Below are positions 16,542 through 25,705 of a DNA stretch of 57,506 bases, one piece after another. The DNA is from Candidatus Magasanikbacteria bacterium CG10_big_fil_rev_8_21_14_0_10_47_10. Lineage in GTDB: Bacteria > Patescibacteriota > Patescibacteriia > Magasanikbacterales > UBA922. A program made the position numbers and the translations under genes. Every line of letters starts with the position of its first letter. Position 1 is the first letter of the stretch. Below the pieces are notes generated by a model. The model saw nothing but the letters and a program-made list of their open reading frames with translations. It was not told the origin of the DNA and ran no database searches. The stretch lies in contig PFCB01000016.1 in the NCBI GenBank assembly GCA_002773135.1, positions 1 through 57,506 on the forward strand. The letters are read 5' to 3'.

Positions 16542-18102
16542 ACAGTAAAATAAGAAAGTAAGTAAGCAAAAACGCATGATAGGCACTCCAAAAAACGTTA
16601 ATGGCGAGGGATGGCTCAAACCCATTTAATAAAAGATCCATCATCCCCCACAGCACGGATGCGATAACCAATAAAATAAGCGAGTACTGCGGTAAAATCC
16701 GCATCCAGTCAACAGTATCTATTTCAACATCTTTTTGTGTTGTTGTAAAATCGGCTTTCCGATTTAACAAGGCGTCAACAGATCCCCGAAAGTACACCGG
16801 GACTGTAATCAAAACGAGTGACTGAGATTTTAACCAGTCAAGAAAATGATACCGGCGAGAGACAATCGAATGGATAAATAGCGCGAACGAAAATACAAAA
16901 TACGGGCCATATGAAAGAACATACAAAAAAGGATCGGCAAAATACGCGGGAACCTTAAAAAAAATATAAAACACCGGAAACAAAATAAAAAGCATCCAAA
17001 CAATACCGATAAAATAATAGGTGCCCGATAAAAAATACTCATACCGCTGGCGAAACCGCAACGAACTGAAGGGAGAGAGAATCGGAATGAGATTATGCAT
17101 AAAAACGCCAAGCGTCCCCCGCGCCCACCGGTATTGCTGCGAAAAAAATTGCTGCATGTTGAGTGGCCCGTCTCCAAAAGCGGTCGTATAATCGTAATAC
17201 CGACCTTCCCACCCATTTTTTATTAATGTCAGTGACGTTGAAAAATCTTCGGTTATTGAATTTTCATCAAACCCGCCAACCGCTCGCAAAGCTTCTGTCC
17301 GCACAATGAGATTTGTTCCGCACATAAACATACCTCCATTAACACTTTTCCCTTCGCAAATAAATTCATAAAAAATGGATTGCTGCAGTTGCGCGGCACG
17401 GCTAATCAAGGAATTGCTTAAATTACCATAAAACTGCGGGGTCTGAATAAAAGCCACGTCCGGGTGATCTTCCATTTGCGGAACCAACAATTTCACGAAA
17501 TTGCGGCTGGGCCGGTAGTCTGCGTCCAAAATAATGATGTAGGGGGTTGTTGCATGCGCCAAATACTCGTTTATGGCGCCGGCCTTGGCACCATGGCGGG
17601 GTTGCGGCACATGAAAATGCTCTATGCCCATATCTTTCGCAAGCTCTGTCGTTTGGGAGCATGACTCCTCTGTCGTGCAGGAATCGAGCAGCACGACCTT
17701 ATAGTTATAATAATCAACGTATTTGCAGGCAATGATGGTCTTGCGCAATATTTTTATCGGTTCATCATGTGCGGCGATAAGAATGGTAACAGCGGCTTCG
17801 TCTTTTAACGCGTATTCAACGTACGGCCGCCGATACCCGAACGTGGAAACGAGCAATGTAAAAAAATAGCCGAGTGAATGAAACACCAAAAACATTTCCG
17901 ATATCCAAAAAACGATGATAAACACGGTATTTACGACCCGCTGAAATGTGGAATAGTCCGCCAGCGCGTGGAGAGTAAACGCAACAGTCCACACGCGAAA
18001 TATGGAATACACGCCAATCGCCCCAATCGTCAAAAATGAGAAAAGAAGAACTATCTTTTCCCGATGCATGGGACTTGTTTTCATAGGCACTCTTGTTCGC
18101 AC
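16513..18102 (-). CDS. Processive GT2 glycosyltransferase, BcsA/CelA-like, without PilZ
   Basis: HGAKAGAIN, ILDAD, QTPQFY, FMCGTN, TEDF, QQYRWARG (D,D,D,QxxRW); 2 N-terminal and ~5 C-terminal TMs; ends right after the last TM. Confidence 0.9.
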   Translation of the reverse strand: MRTRVPMKTSPMHREKIVLLFSFLTIGAIGVYSIFRVWTVAFTLHALADYSTFQRVVNTVFIIVFWISEMFLVFHSLGYFFTLLVSTFGYRRPYVEYALKDEAAVTILIAAHDEPIKILRKTIIACKYVDYYNYKVVLLDSCTTEESCSQTTELAKDMGIEHFHVPQPRHGAKAGAINEYLAHATTPYIIILDADYRPSRNFVKLLVPQMEDHPDVAFIQTPQFYGNLSNSLISRAAQLQQSIFYEFICEGKSVNGGMFMCGTNLIVRTEALRAVGGFDENSITEDFSTSLTLIKNGWEGRYYDYTTAFGDGPLNMQQFFSQQYRWARGTLGVFMHNLIPILSPFSSLRFRQRYEYFLSGTYYFIGIVWMLFILFPVFYIFFKVPAYFADPFLYVLSYGPYFVFSFALFIHSIVSRRYHFLDWLKSQSLVLITVPVYFRGSVDALLNRKADFTTTQKDVEIDTVDWMRILPQYSLILLVIASVLWGMMDLLLNGFEPSLAINVFWSAYHAFLLTYFLILLYAKGINRKS

Positions 18103-18542
18103 GTGTGCAGACGATCGAGCAACTGTTCAGGCGTTGTATCCGATTTTACCAAAAAATGATTGGCTCCGTGTCGCTTTGTATCCTCTTTATCCGTGTTGCC
18201 CTCCAATGTTGTCAGCACTATCACATGCTCCCCATTCGGCTGTCGTTGTTTCAAAAAGGATAATCCCGAAATGATGGGCATAATAAGATCAAGCAATAAA
18301 AACGTATACTGCTCTTCCTCCATTTCTTTGAGTGCTTCCTCGCCGTCTTTGACATAGTCAATGTGATAGCCGGCGTCTTCCAGCACTTTTCCGTATGCTT
18401 TTTGATAATATGCTTCATCTTCCACAAAGAGAATTCGCTTGCCTTTTCCCCGCGCGGAATCGTCATCATCAAACGTATCCGGCGCAAACCCCGGCATTTT
18501 GGGGACGTCGGTTGCGGGTGGTGTTTGCTGTTCATCGATCAT
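18081..18542 (-). CDS. Single-domain response regulator (receiver only)
   Basis: ILFVEDE, LLLDLIMP..SG, VIVLT, FLVKS. Confidence 0.9.
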   Translation of the reverse strand: MIDEQQTPPATDVPKMPGFAPDTFDDDDSARGKGKRILFVEDEAYYQKAYGKVLEDAGYHIDYVKDGEEALKEMEEEQYTFLLLDLIMPIISGLSFLKQRQPNGEHVIVLTTLEGNTDKEDTKRHGANHFLVKSDTTPEQLLDRLHTCEQECL

Positions 18543-18558
18543 ACAAGCATTTGGATAC

Positions 18559-19275
18559 CTAAACGGAATAATCTACGGCAACACAAAAAAGTTTTTCTAA
18601 ATCGTCACTTTTTTCTATACGCAAGCGTCCACCGGCTCGCTCCATAATCTGCCCCGCAACATACAGTGGAAGCGAAACACGTGACCATACTGATTGAGCA
18701 TCTGCAAACAACTGCTTCTTATTCAAGGGATCATCAGGAACCATCATTGGCTGTTTACACGCAAAACGAGCTTCACAAACGAATACTGCTCCGTCACGAA
18801 GGCTCACATGTAACATAAACGGACCGTCGCACTCATAAAATTGGTATAAATCAGCAAACGCAAAAAGTATATTTTCAAATAAAACCAATCCATACTTTTC
18901 ATCAAGCATCACAGGGAGTGTCCGAATCCCTTCCGCTATCTCCACCTCGTTAGGCAAAATAAGCGGATGCATATTCGTAATCGCTCGCTCTAATGCTTCG
19001 TGAAAAGAAAGGATGTGTTCTCCGTCTTTCCACGAGCCAAGTTCAAGTTTTGACAAAATGGAAATATTGCGAATAAAAAGAGAACCGGCCACAGAAATAT
19101 CAGCAAGGTCGTGAATTGGATCCTTTATGGCACTTCGCAGGGTTCCATATTCGCCGGACAATAAATTGTCCGTATAAAATCGAAACATGGTCATATATTT
19201 GAGCGCATCGTGCCACATGACACGAGAACGCTCCGGGTCTGCCATAATAGAAAAATCGTTGGAGGTATTGTCCAT
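18559..19275 (-). CDS. Degenerate sensorless histidine-kinase-like protein
   Basis: WHD..K...LL.G.YG.L and LSKLELG (HisKA-like); LPLYVAGQIMERAGGRLRIE (HATPase end) with the G boxes lost. Confidence 0.55.
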   Translation of the reverse strand: MDNTSNDFSIMADPERSRVMWHDALKYMTMFRFYTDNLLSGEYGTLRSAIKDPIHDLADISVAGSLFIRNISILSKLELGSWKDGEHILSFHEALERAITNMHPLILPNEVEIAEGIRTLPVMLDEKYGLVLFENILFAFADLYQFYECDGPFMLHVSLRDGAVFVCEARFACKQPMMVPDDPLNKKQLFADAQSVWSRVSLPLYVAGQIMERAGGRLRIEKSDDLEKLFCVAVDYSV

Positions 19276-19444
19276 ATCGGATAGAAGAGAAAGTGCGTCT
19301 ATTGTACCAAATTCGGACTATATCAACAAGGAACCCGTTGAAATATCCATAGGAGCTATTGATCTTGAAAAAAATTGCCATATCCTGTATACTTTCCTTG
19401 TCCGGATTTCCATATATCCGGATTCATTATTTGGATACTTTTAT

Positions 19445-20362
19445 ATGAATATTCACGTTCTTGTCCCCCGATTGCCAAAGGAGTCAACCGATTCCGCTGT
19501 TGCAAGTAACATCCAGCTTCTTCAAGATGCTGCCACGCATCGCGGACACACGCTCAGTGTCATCGCGACCGAAGATTGTACGTTTACGTTTGGAAAGAAG
19601 CCTTCCATCTTGGTTAATAATAAAAAGCCGCGCTTCAAATTAATGCTTACGCAACCCGGATTTTTAACAAAAAACGTCGAAGTACACGCCTCATTAATTC
19701 GACAATTTGAACTGTCCGGCATCCGCTGCGTAAATTCATTCCAATCAATTGTTAAGGCAAAAAACAAAATTCGGATGACGCAAAAGCTAAGCAAGCATGG
19801 AATACCAATGCCAAAAACGTATATTGTTCATTCGTCCATGCATTTATCCGAAATCATGAGTAGTATTGGAAGCTTTCCGGTTATTTTGAAAAGCGTTGTA
19901 GGTTCACTGGGTATTGGAGTGGCCATTGTTGAAAGTAAGCAAGGACTTAAGTCTGTTGTTGAAATGATGCTGGCAGATGACCATTCGACACCGCTGATGA
20001 TCCAAGGGTATGTTCGTGAGTCGCGCGGAAAAGATATTCGTGTATTCGTGGTTGGAGGCAAGATTGTTGCTGCCATGGAACGTATCGCGAGAAAACGAGA
20101 TGAGTTCAGATCCAATTTTTCGCTTGGCGGAAAAGTAAAAGTGGCCTCTCTTTCCGCCAAGGAAAAAAGACTGGCTCTCAAAGCGGCTGAAGCACTCGGT
20201 CTGGAAATTGCCGGGGTCGATATTATTCGATCCAACGCAGGTCCGCAAATTCTGGAGGTAAACTCAAACCCGGGCATGAAAGGAATTACCCAGGCGACCG
20301 GTATCGATGTTGCCGGGGCGGTCATTGATTATATTGTGAAGAGAGCGAAACGGATAAAATAG
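19445..20362 (+). CDS. RimK-family ATP-grasp ligase
   Basis: AKNKIRMTQKL, FPVILKS..GSLG.GV, KDIRVFVVGG, FRSNFSLGG, GVDIIRS..GP.ILEVNSNPG. Likely start MNIHVL at 19445. Confidence 0.9.
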   Translation: MNIHVLVPRLPKESTDSAVASNIQLLQDAATHRGHTLSVIATEDCTFTFGKKPSILVNNKKPRFKLMLTQPGFLTKNVEVHASLIRQFELSGIRCVNSFQSIVKAKNKIRMTQKLSKHGIPMPKTYIVHSSMHLSEIMSSIGSFPVILKSVVGSLGIGVAIVESKQGLKSVVEMMLADDHSTPLMIQGYVRESRGKDIRVFVVGGKIVAAMERIARKRDEFRSNFSLGGKVKVASLSAKEKRLALKAAEALGLEIAGVDIIRSNAGPQILEVNSNPGMKGITQATGIDVAGAVIDYIVKRAKRIK

Positions 20363-20365
20363 TAC

Positions 20366-21682
20366 TTACTTCAGCTGTGTAAAAAGCATTGGAATCCCCA
20401 CGCGCCGCCGTGGGGATTCTCCTTTTATAGATGTTTGCTTGCGGTGTGCTTTTTCACCCCGGTTCCCCGTATGCTGATCTGCACGATTCGCGTATACGCT
20501 ACCCCCCAGATGAATGGCATGCTTACCAAACCGTCCGGCTGTCTCATCAACAGCCGCGTATACCCGTTTCATCTTCTCCAACTGCACCGGCTGCTCAAAC
20601 AATGTTGACTGAATGGCACGATCCTCCTGCAATGCAGACATTGTCACCCCGGTCGCGCGATACAACATGCCGGGCTGAACTATTTGGTTAAATCCTTTTA
20701 CCAAAACCCCTGTCATATCATTTGGATATGCCGACGCCCTACTCAAATCAATCTCTATGCCATGCGTCTCAAAATCTTGCGTCTTGAGAAATATGTGCAA
20801 CCGTTTCCCCACTAACTGGTACCTGCGCGCCTTGATACAGGCATTTTCTAAATTTTTTACCAGCTGCGAAAAAATGAAAGACGTTGTTGTGCTTGGGGGC
20901 GTGAATGTTTTTGTCTTTGAAATGGACGCGTATCGTTGTTTCTCTTCTGCCATCACGTCATAAACGCTGTTTCCATTGAGCTCCTGCCAAATCTCCTGCT
21001 GTGGTTTGGTAAAGACTGTTTCTACTTTTTCAAAAGGGATATCAGCAAATTGCTGCGCCGTGTGAATATTCATACCATGCATATGCGCCGCGGTATTCGC
21101 CCCAATCCCCCACACAAACTCAACCGGGCGCTCGGCTAAGTACTTTTCCCTATTGCGATTTGATATGACAGTTAACCCATTCGGCTTTTTGTATTTTGAC
21201 GCAAACTTTGCCAACACTTTTGTGCCGGCCAAACCAACCGATACCGTGATATCCAATTCCTTTTGAACTTGAATCTTAATAGAGTCTGCAATCTGCCGAT
21301 AACTCATATTAAGAGGCCTTTGCATACCGGTAATATCCACGAATCCTTCATCAATACCGTATTCTTCCACAACCCCGCTAAATTGGCGCATAATGGAAAA
21401 CATACGTTTTGAAAATAAACTGTATGTTTCATAATCGCTTGGCAACATAACCGCCCCTGGACACATCGTGTGAACATCTGACAAACGGACCCCCCGCTGA
21501 ATACCCAGTGCCTTTGCTTCGTAGCTGGCGGACGAAACAATTCCCCGTTCCTTTCCGGTAATCACAGGAACCCCTTTTAACTCGGGATGAATAGCCTGCT
21601 CGCAGCTGGCAAAAAAAGCATCCCCATCGATATGGAGAATAGCGCGTGGAAAAGACGCTATGTTAGGATTTTGCCAAAACAT
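20366..21682 (-). CDS. Y-family DNA polymerase (DinB/UmuC-like)
   Basis: ILHIDGDAFFASCE, SASYEAK..G, YGIDEGFVD, SVGL..TKVLAK.AS..KKPNG, VWGIG. Confidence 0.95.
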   Translation of the reverse strand: MFWQNPNIASFPRAILHIDGDAFFASCEQAIHPELKGVPVITGKERGIVSSASYEAKALGIQRGVRLSDVHTMCPGAVMLPSDYETYSLFSKRMFSIMRQFSGVVEEYGIDEGFVDITGMQRPLNMSYRQIADSIKIQVQKELDITVSVGLAGTKVLAKFASKYKKPNGLTVISNRNREKYLAERPVEFVWGIGANTAAHMHGMNIHTAQQFADIPFEKVETVFTKPQQEIWQELNGNSVYDVMAEEKQRYASISKTKTFTPPSTTTSFIFSQLVKNLENACIKARRYQLVGKRLHIFLKTQDFETHGIEIDLSRASAYPNDMTGVLVKGFNQIVQPGMLYRATGVTMSALQEDRAIQSTLFEQPVQLEKMKRVYAAVDETAGRFGKHAIHLGGSVYANRADQHTGNRGEKAHRKQTSIKGESPRRRVGIPMLFTQLK

Positions 21683-21719
21683 AGGTTACAACGTGACACT
21701 GAATTTCCTCCCTTTCGGA

Positions 21720-22298
21720 TTAGTATTTGCGCACCACACTCGTCACGACCCCGCCAATTGTAAGTTCATCGCTTGGATGAATATCCGGATACTTACTGTT
21801 GGCAGCGCGTAAAAAAATCCCGTTTCCCCGTTTCATAAAGTACTTCATGGTCCACTCATTATCCACCTGCGCGATCACAATATCACCAACTGTTGGATCT
21901 TTACTTCTGTCGACAATCACCATGTCGCCTTCTACAATGCCGGCATTTATCATAGAGTCGCCCGATACCTGCAATAAATAGGACGCGTCCGGATTTTCAA
22001 TCAGCCATGCGTCCATACTCATGGTATCCACCAATTCCTCTTCAGCGGGCGACGGGAACCCGGCTTGTACGGAGCCAAGTACCCGCAGCCCATACAACTT
22101 TGTTGTTGGAATAAGCCGCCCTGTGTCACTTTTTGCAATCAGGTCGTCATGAATAAATTTATCAACATACTTGTATATGGATCCTTTTGACCGCACACCA
22201 AACAATTCTGCCAAATCATCATATGTGGGCAACTGTTTGTGACGACGGTAATACGCGATAAGTAATTCCCTCCTTCTATGATAGAGCTGTTCTGACAT
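21720..22298 (-). CDS. lexA: LexA/UmuD-like S24 peptidase with N-terminal winged HTH
   Basis: PTYDDLAELFGVRSKGS HTH; cleavage site VQAG/FPSPA; catalytic Ser (GDSM) and Lys (TMK). Confidence 0.88.
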   Translation of the reverse strand: MSEQLYHRRRELLIAYYRRHKQLPTYDDLAELFGVRSKGSIYKYVDKFIHDDLIAKSDTGRLIPTTKLYGLRVLGSVQAGFPSPAEEELVDTMSMDAWLIENPDASYLLQVSGDSMINAGIVEGDMVIVDRSKDPTVGDIVIAQVDNEWTMKYFMKRGNGIFLRAANSKYPDIHPSDELTIGGVVTSVVRKY

Positions 22299-22449
22299 AG
22301 AAGTAATAAATTACTAATAAATACCAAATTCTAAATTCTAATTCACAAAATAAATTTCAATAATCAACATTATCCACTGATCACTGAACAATTGTTATTT
22401 CATTTGTTCATTTGGATTTTGTCATTGACATTTTTTATTAGCATTTATT

Positions 22450-22478
22450 AGTATAGAGAACAAACGTTCTCTCATCAA
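22450..22478 (-). promoter_or_regulatory. lexA promoter with an SOS-box operator in the spacer
   Basis: Minus strand TTGATG, 17 nt, TATACT; the palindrome AGAGAAC-aaac-GTTCTCT (22455-22472) covers the spacer. Confidence 0.85.
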
Positions 22479-22498
22479 GAGAACAACTATCCCCAATC

Positions 22499-22526
22499 AA
22501 AAAAAATTCGGCCTCGGGCCGATTTT
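22499..22526 (-). terminator. Terminator after ppsA
   Basis: tcggcc-cga-ggccga with a T-tract on the minus strand. Confidence 0.75.
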
Positions 22527-22546
22527 TATGCTGTGCTCTTTCAATT

Positions 22547-25500
22547 TCACATGTCCCCCTCGTCACAGACAGACCAACTCTCCGGAATGTCACACGGGGT
22601 GGGGAATGCCTGACACGTCCCTGTTTGCGACTCACGCGCGTAGGTCAAAACCGGCACACAGGTTCTTTTCTCACGAATATCCCAATGTGTTAATTCACGA
22701 TCTGTGATGGCACCATCGTCTACAACCTGCACGCTTTCCAAAACAGTGTCAAACGCAGCGGCATTGCCCTGTACCACCAACACAACATCGTTGACGGGAA
22801 TTTCAACAAAACTTTCACCATCATAGTCATATCTCAAAGCGACGATACCCCCCACCAGAACCTTTTTCTTCTGCGCTTTGTCAATTGGAGGCACAATAAG
22901 CTCTTTGTATAGACTGATGTACTCTTCCGGGCCTGCTGCGCTATTGTGTAATGTCAGACCACCATTCCAGTGCTCCACTTCCCACGCCGCAGGATAGGTT
23001 ACGTCAAAACTGAGAAAATCTCGCTCGCGAAGCACCCTGGTTTCCTTGGAATATTCCTCTTGCGTTTGCGCGACGGCAATGGCGACTTGTTGCATGGCGG
23101 CTTCTCGGATGTCAGCGGCAGAGACGTCACGAACCTCTGTTGATGGAGCTGAAAACGTTGCCGAGCCTGTGGCACATCCCGCGCCAAGCCCCATCAGCCC
23201 TATCGCAATACCTGCCATACCAATGACATAACTCAGATACTTCTTATTGGTTTGTTTATTTCCACTTTTGGATCGCTGCTCTGCCGCGGCAATGACACGG
23301 CGCGCGTCCACAACCGTATCCGGATTAAGCGAAATACTGTCAATGCCATGCTGTATCAAAAATTTCGTAAAATCAGGATAATCACTTGGTGCCTGCCCAC
23401 AAATACCAACGGGCTTGCCGGCAGCATGCGCCACGGTGATAACCTGGGCGATCAGTCGCTTTACCGCCTCATTATTCTCATTCCCAATGTGCGCCAACGC
23501 TGTGGTATCTCTGTCCAAACCAAGTGTCAGCTGTGTGAGATCATTTGTGCCAATGCTAAACCCATCAAACAATTCGGCAAATTCTTTTGCCAAAATTACA
23601 TTGGATGGAATTTCACACATCACATATACTTTCAATCCATTTTTCCCCCGCTCCAAACCGAATTCTTTCATGGTCGCCAGTACTTTTTCTCCTTCTTCCG
23701 GTGTTCGGCAAAACGGAATCATGACAATCACGTTATCCAAACCCCATTCATCACGAACCTTCTTAATTGCCTCACATTCCAGCTGAAAACCGGCTTTATA
23801 CGCCTCGGAATAATACCGTGACGCTCCACGCCAACCTATCATTGGATTTTCTTCTTTTGGTTCAAAATCTTTTCCACCAGTCAGGGTTGCGTACTCGTTT
23901 GTTTTAAAATCGCTCAAACGCACCACAACAGGACGCTTGTACGAGGACGCGGCGATACGCGCAATTCCCTCCGCAAGCTTATCAATACAAAATTGCGCTT
24001 TATCTTTATATCCACGCGTCATGAGCGCGATTTTTTTCTTTACGACTTTGTCCTTTAATGTTTTATAATGAAGAAGCGCGAGTGGATGAATGCGTATAAA
24101 ATTTGAAAAAATAAATTCCAATCGCGCAAGGCCAATACCGTCATGGGGCAAGAATGATAGAGAAAACGCATTATCAGGATCACCAACATTCATCATGACC
24201 TTTGTCTTTGTCTGTGCGATATTTTTTATTTCCGTCCGCTTTACCTCAAACGGCAGGATTCCTTTATAGATAGTCGCTTCGTCTCCCTTGGCGCAGCTGA
24301 CCGTTACTTTTTGATTATTTTTTAATACCTTTCTCGCCCCCTCCGCACCGACAACACACGGTACGCCAAGTTCTCGCGACACTATGGCGGCATGGGATGT
24401 TTTTCCACCTTGCTCCGTCACAATCGCCGCGGCCTTTTGCATGATTGGTTCCCAATCCGGATCAGTAATACGGGTCACCAAAACATCACCTTTTTTAAAT
24501 ACGCCCGCGTCTTTTGGATTTTCAATAATGCGCACTGTCCCGGCGCCGATTTTTTGTCCTACCGCCACACCCGTTAATAAAACGTCTCCTTCTTTATTGA
24601 GTTGGTATCGTTCTATAACAGCATGGGCGCTTCGCGCCTTCACTGTCTCAGGCCGCGCCTGGACAATGTACAACCGGCCGCTTGTTTTCTCTTTTGCCCA
24701 CTCAATGTCCTGCGGGCATCCATAGTGTTTTTCAATAATCAGTGCCGCCTTGGTAAGATCAAGAACATCGGCATCCGATATGGCGTATTTATTTCTATCT
24801 GTCACAGATACCTTTTTCTGACGCGTCCCTCCATTTTTCCCGTAATCCAATTGAACTTCTTTTGTTCCAAGAGAACGGCTGATAATGGCCGGTTTTCCTT
24901 TTTCAAACGTTGGCTTAAACACATAGTATTGATCCGGATTGATCCTTCCTTTTACAACATATTCCCCAAGACCATACGACGCGTTGATAAGTACCACATC
25001 ACGAAAGCCGGATTCGGTATCCAGTGTAAACATGACACCGCTTGCTCCGCCACCGGCATGCACCATGACCTGTACACTGACCGAAAGCGCAATACTCAGA
25101 TGGTCAAACCCCTGTTTTTCTCTATATGAAATCGCGCGATCCGTAAACAATGACGCAATGCACTTATGCACGGCTTCAATAACAGCCGCGTCACCCCGGA
25201 CATTCAAATAGCTTTCCTGTTGGCCGGCAAAGCTGGCCTCCGGCAAATCCTCCGCCGTGGCACTTGAACGAACCGCAACCGGCAGATGCTTTTCTTTTTT
25301 TGTTGAAGATAATTGATGATAATTTTTGGCAACCTCGCGTTGCAGCGACTCGGGAAGCGGGGTTGCTAAAACAAGTTTTCTAATTTGTTTCCCTCTTTTT
25401 TTTAATTCTGCGACGTCACCGACGTCCAAATCTTTAAGAAGCACCTTGATTTGAGCGCGCAGACCTGTGCTCTTCATAAAATCCCTGTATGCTTTGGCTG

Positions 25501-25696
25501 TTATCGCGAAACCATTGGGAACGGTCACGCCTTTGCCATTGAGATGTTGATACATCTCTCCCAATGACGCGTTCTTTCCGCCAACAAGACTGATATCGTT
25601 TTTTGAAATGTCTTTAAACCACAAAACGAGCGTTTGTTTTTTTTGAATCGCCTGTTTTTGTGTTACCGGCTGTATTTTTTTCCGCTGCTTTCCCAT
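22547..25696 (-). CDS. ppsA: Phosphoenolpyruvate synthase with a ~240 aa C-terminal TM/exported extension
   Basis: VGGKNASLGEM, VAVRSSATAEDLP.ASFAGQQ, QARPETV, TSHAAIVSRELG, DFKTNEY, MCEIPSN, FSIGTNDLTQ, GICGQAPSD. Confidence 0.95.
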   Translation of the reverse strand: MGKQRKKIQPVTQKQAIQKKQTLVLWFKDISKNDISLVGGKNASLGEMYQHLNGKGVTVPNGFAITAKAYRDFMKSTGLRAQIKVLLKDLDVGDVAELKKRGKQIRKLVLATPLPESLQREVAKNYHQLSSTKKEKHLPVAVRSSATAEDLPEASFAGQQESYLNVRGDAAVIEAVHKCIASLFTDRAISYREKQGFDHLSIALSVSVQVMVHAGGGASGVMFTLDTESGFRDVVLINASYGLGEYVVKGRINPDQYYVFKPTFEKGKPAIISRSLGTKEVQLDYGKNGGTRQKKVSVTDRNKYAISDADVLDLTKAALIIEKHYGCPQDIEWAKEKTSGRLYIVQARPETVKARSAHAVIERYQLNKEGDVLLTGVAVGQKIGAGTVRIIENPKDAGVFKKGDVLVTRITDPDWEPIMQKAAAIVTEQGGKTSHAAIVSRELGVPCVVGAEGARKVLKNNQKVTVSCAKGDEATIYKGILPFEVKRTEIKNIAQTKTKVMMNVGDPDNAFSLSFLPHDGIGLARLEFIFSNFIRIHPLALLHYKTLKDKVVKKKIALMTRGYKDKAQFCIDKLAEGIARIAASSYKRPVVVRLSDFKTNEYATLTGGKDFEPKEENPMIGWRGASRYYSEAYKAGFQLECEAIKKVRDEWGLDNVIVMIPFCRTPEEGEKVLATMKEFGLERGKNGLKVYVMCEIPSNVILAKEFAELFDGFSIGTNDLTQLTLGLDRDTTALAHIGNENNEAVKRLIAQVITVAHAAGKPVGICGQAPSDYPDFTKFLIQHGIDSISLNPDTVVDARRVIAAAEQRSKSGNKQTNKKYLSYVIGMAGIAIGLMGLGAGCATGSATFSAPSTEVRDVSAADIREAAMQQVAIAVAQTQEEYSKETRVLRERDFLSFDVTYPAAWEVEHWNGGLTLHNSAAGPEEYISLYKELIVPPIDKAQKKKVLVGGIVALRYDYDGESFVEIPVNDVVLVVQGNAAAFDTVLESVQVVDDGAITDRELTHWDIREKRTCVPVLTYARESQTGTCQAFPTPCDIPESWSVCDEGDM

Positions 25697-25705
25697 ATTT
25701 TTTGG

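Noticed and set aside
19187-19444. N-terminal extension of the RimK ORF
   Set aside because: It overlaps the divergent kinase-like gene; family similarity starts only at ATG 19445.
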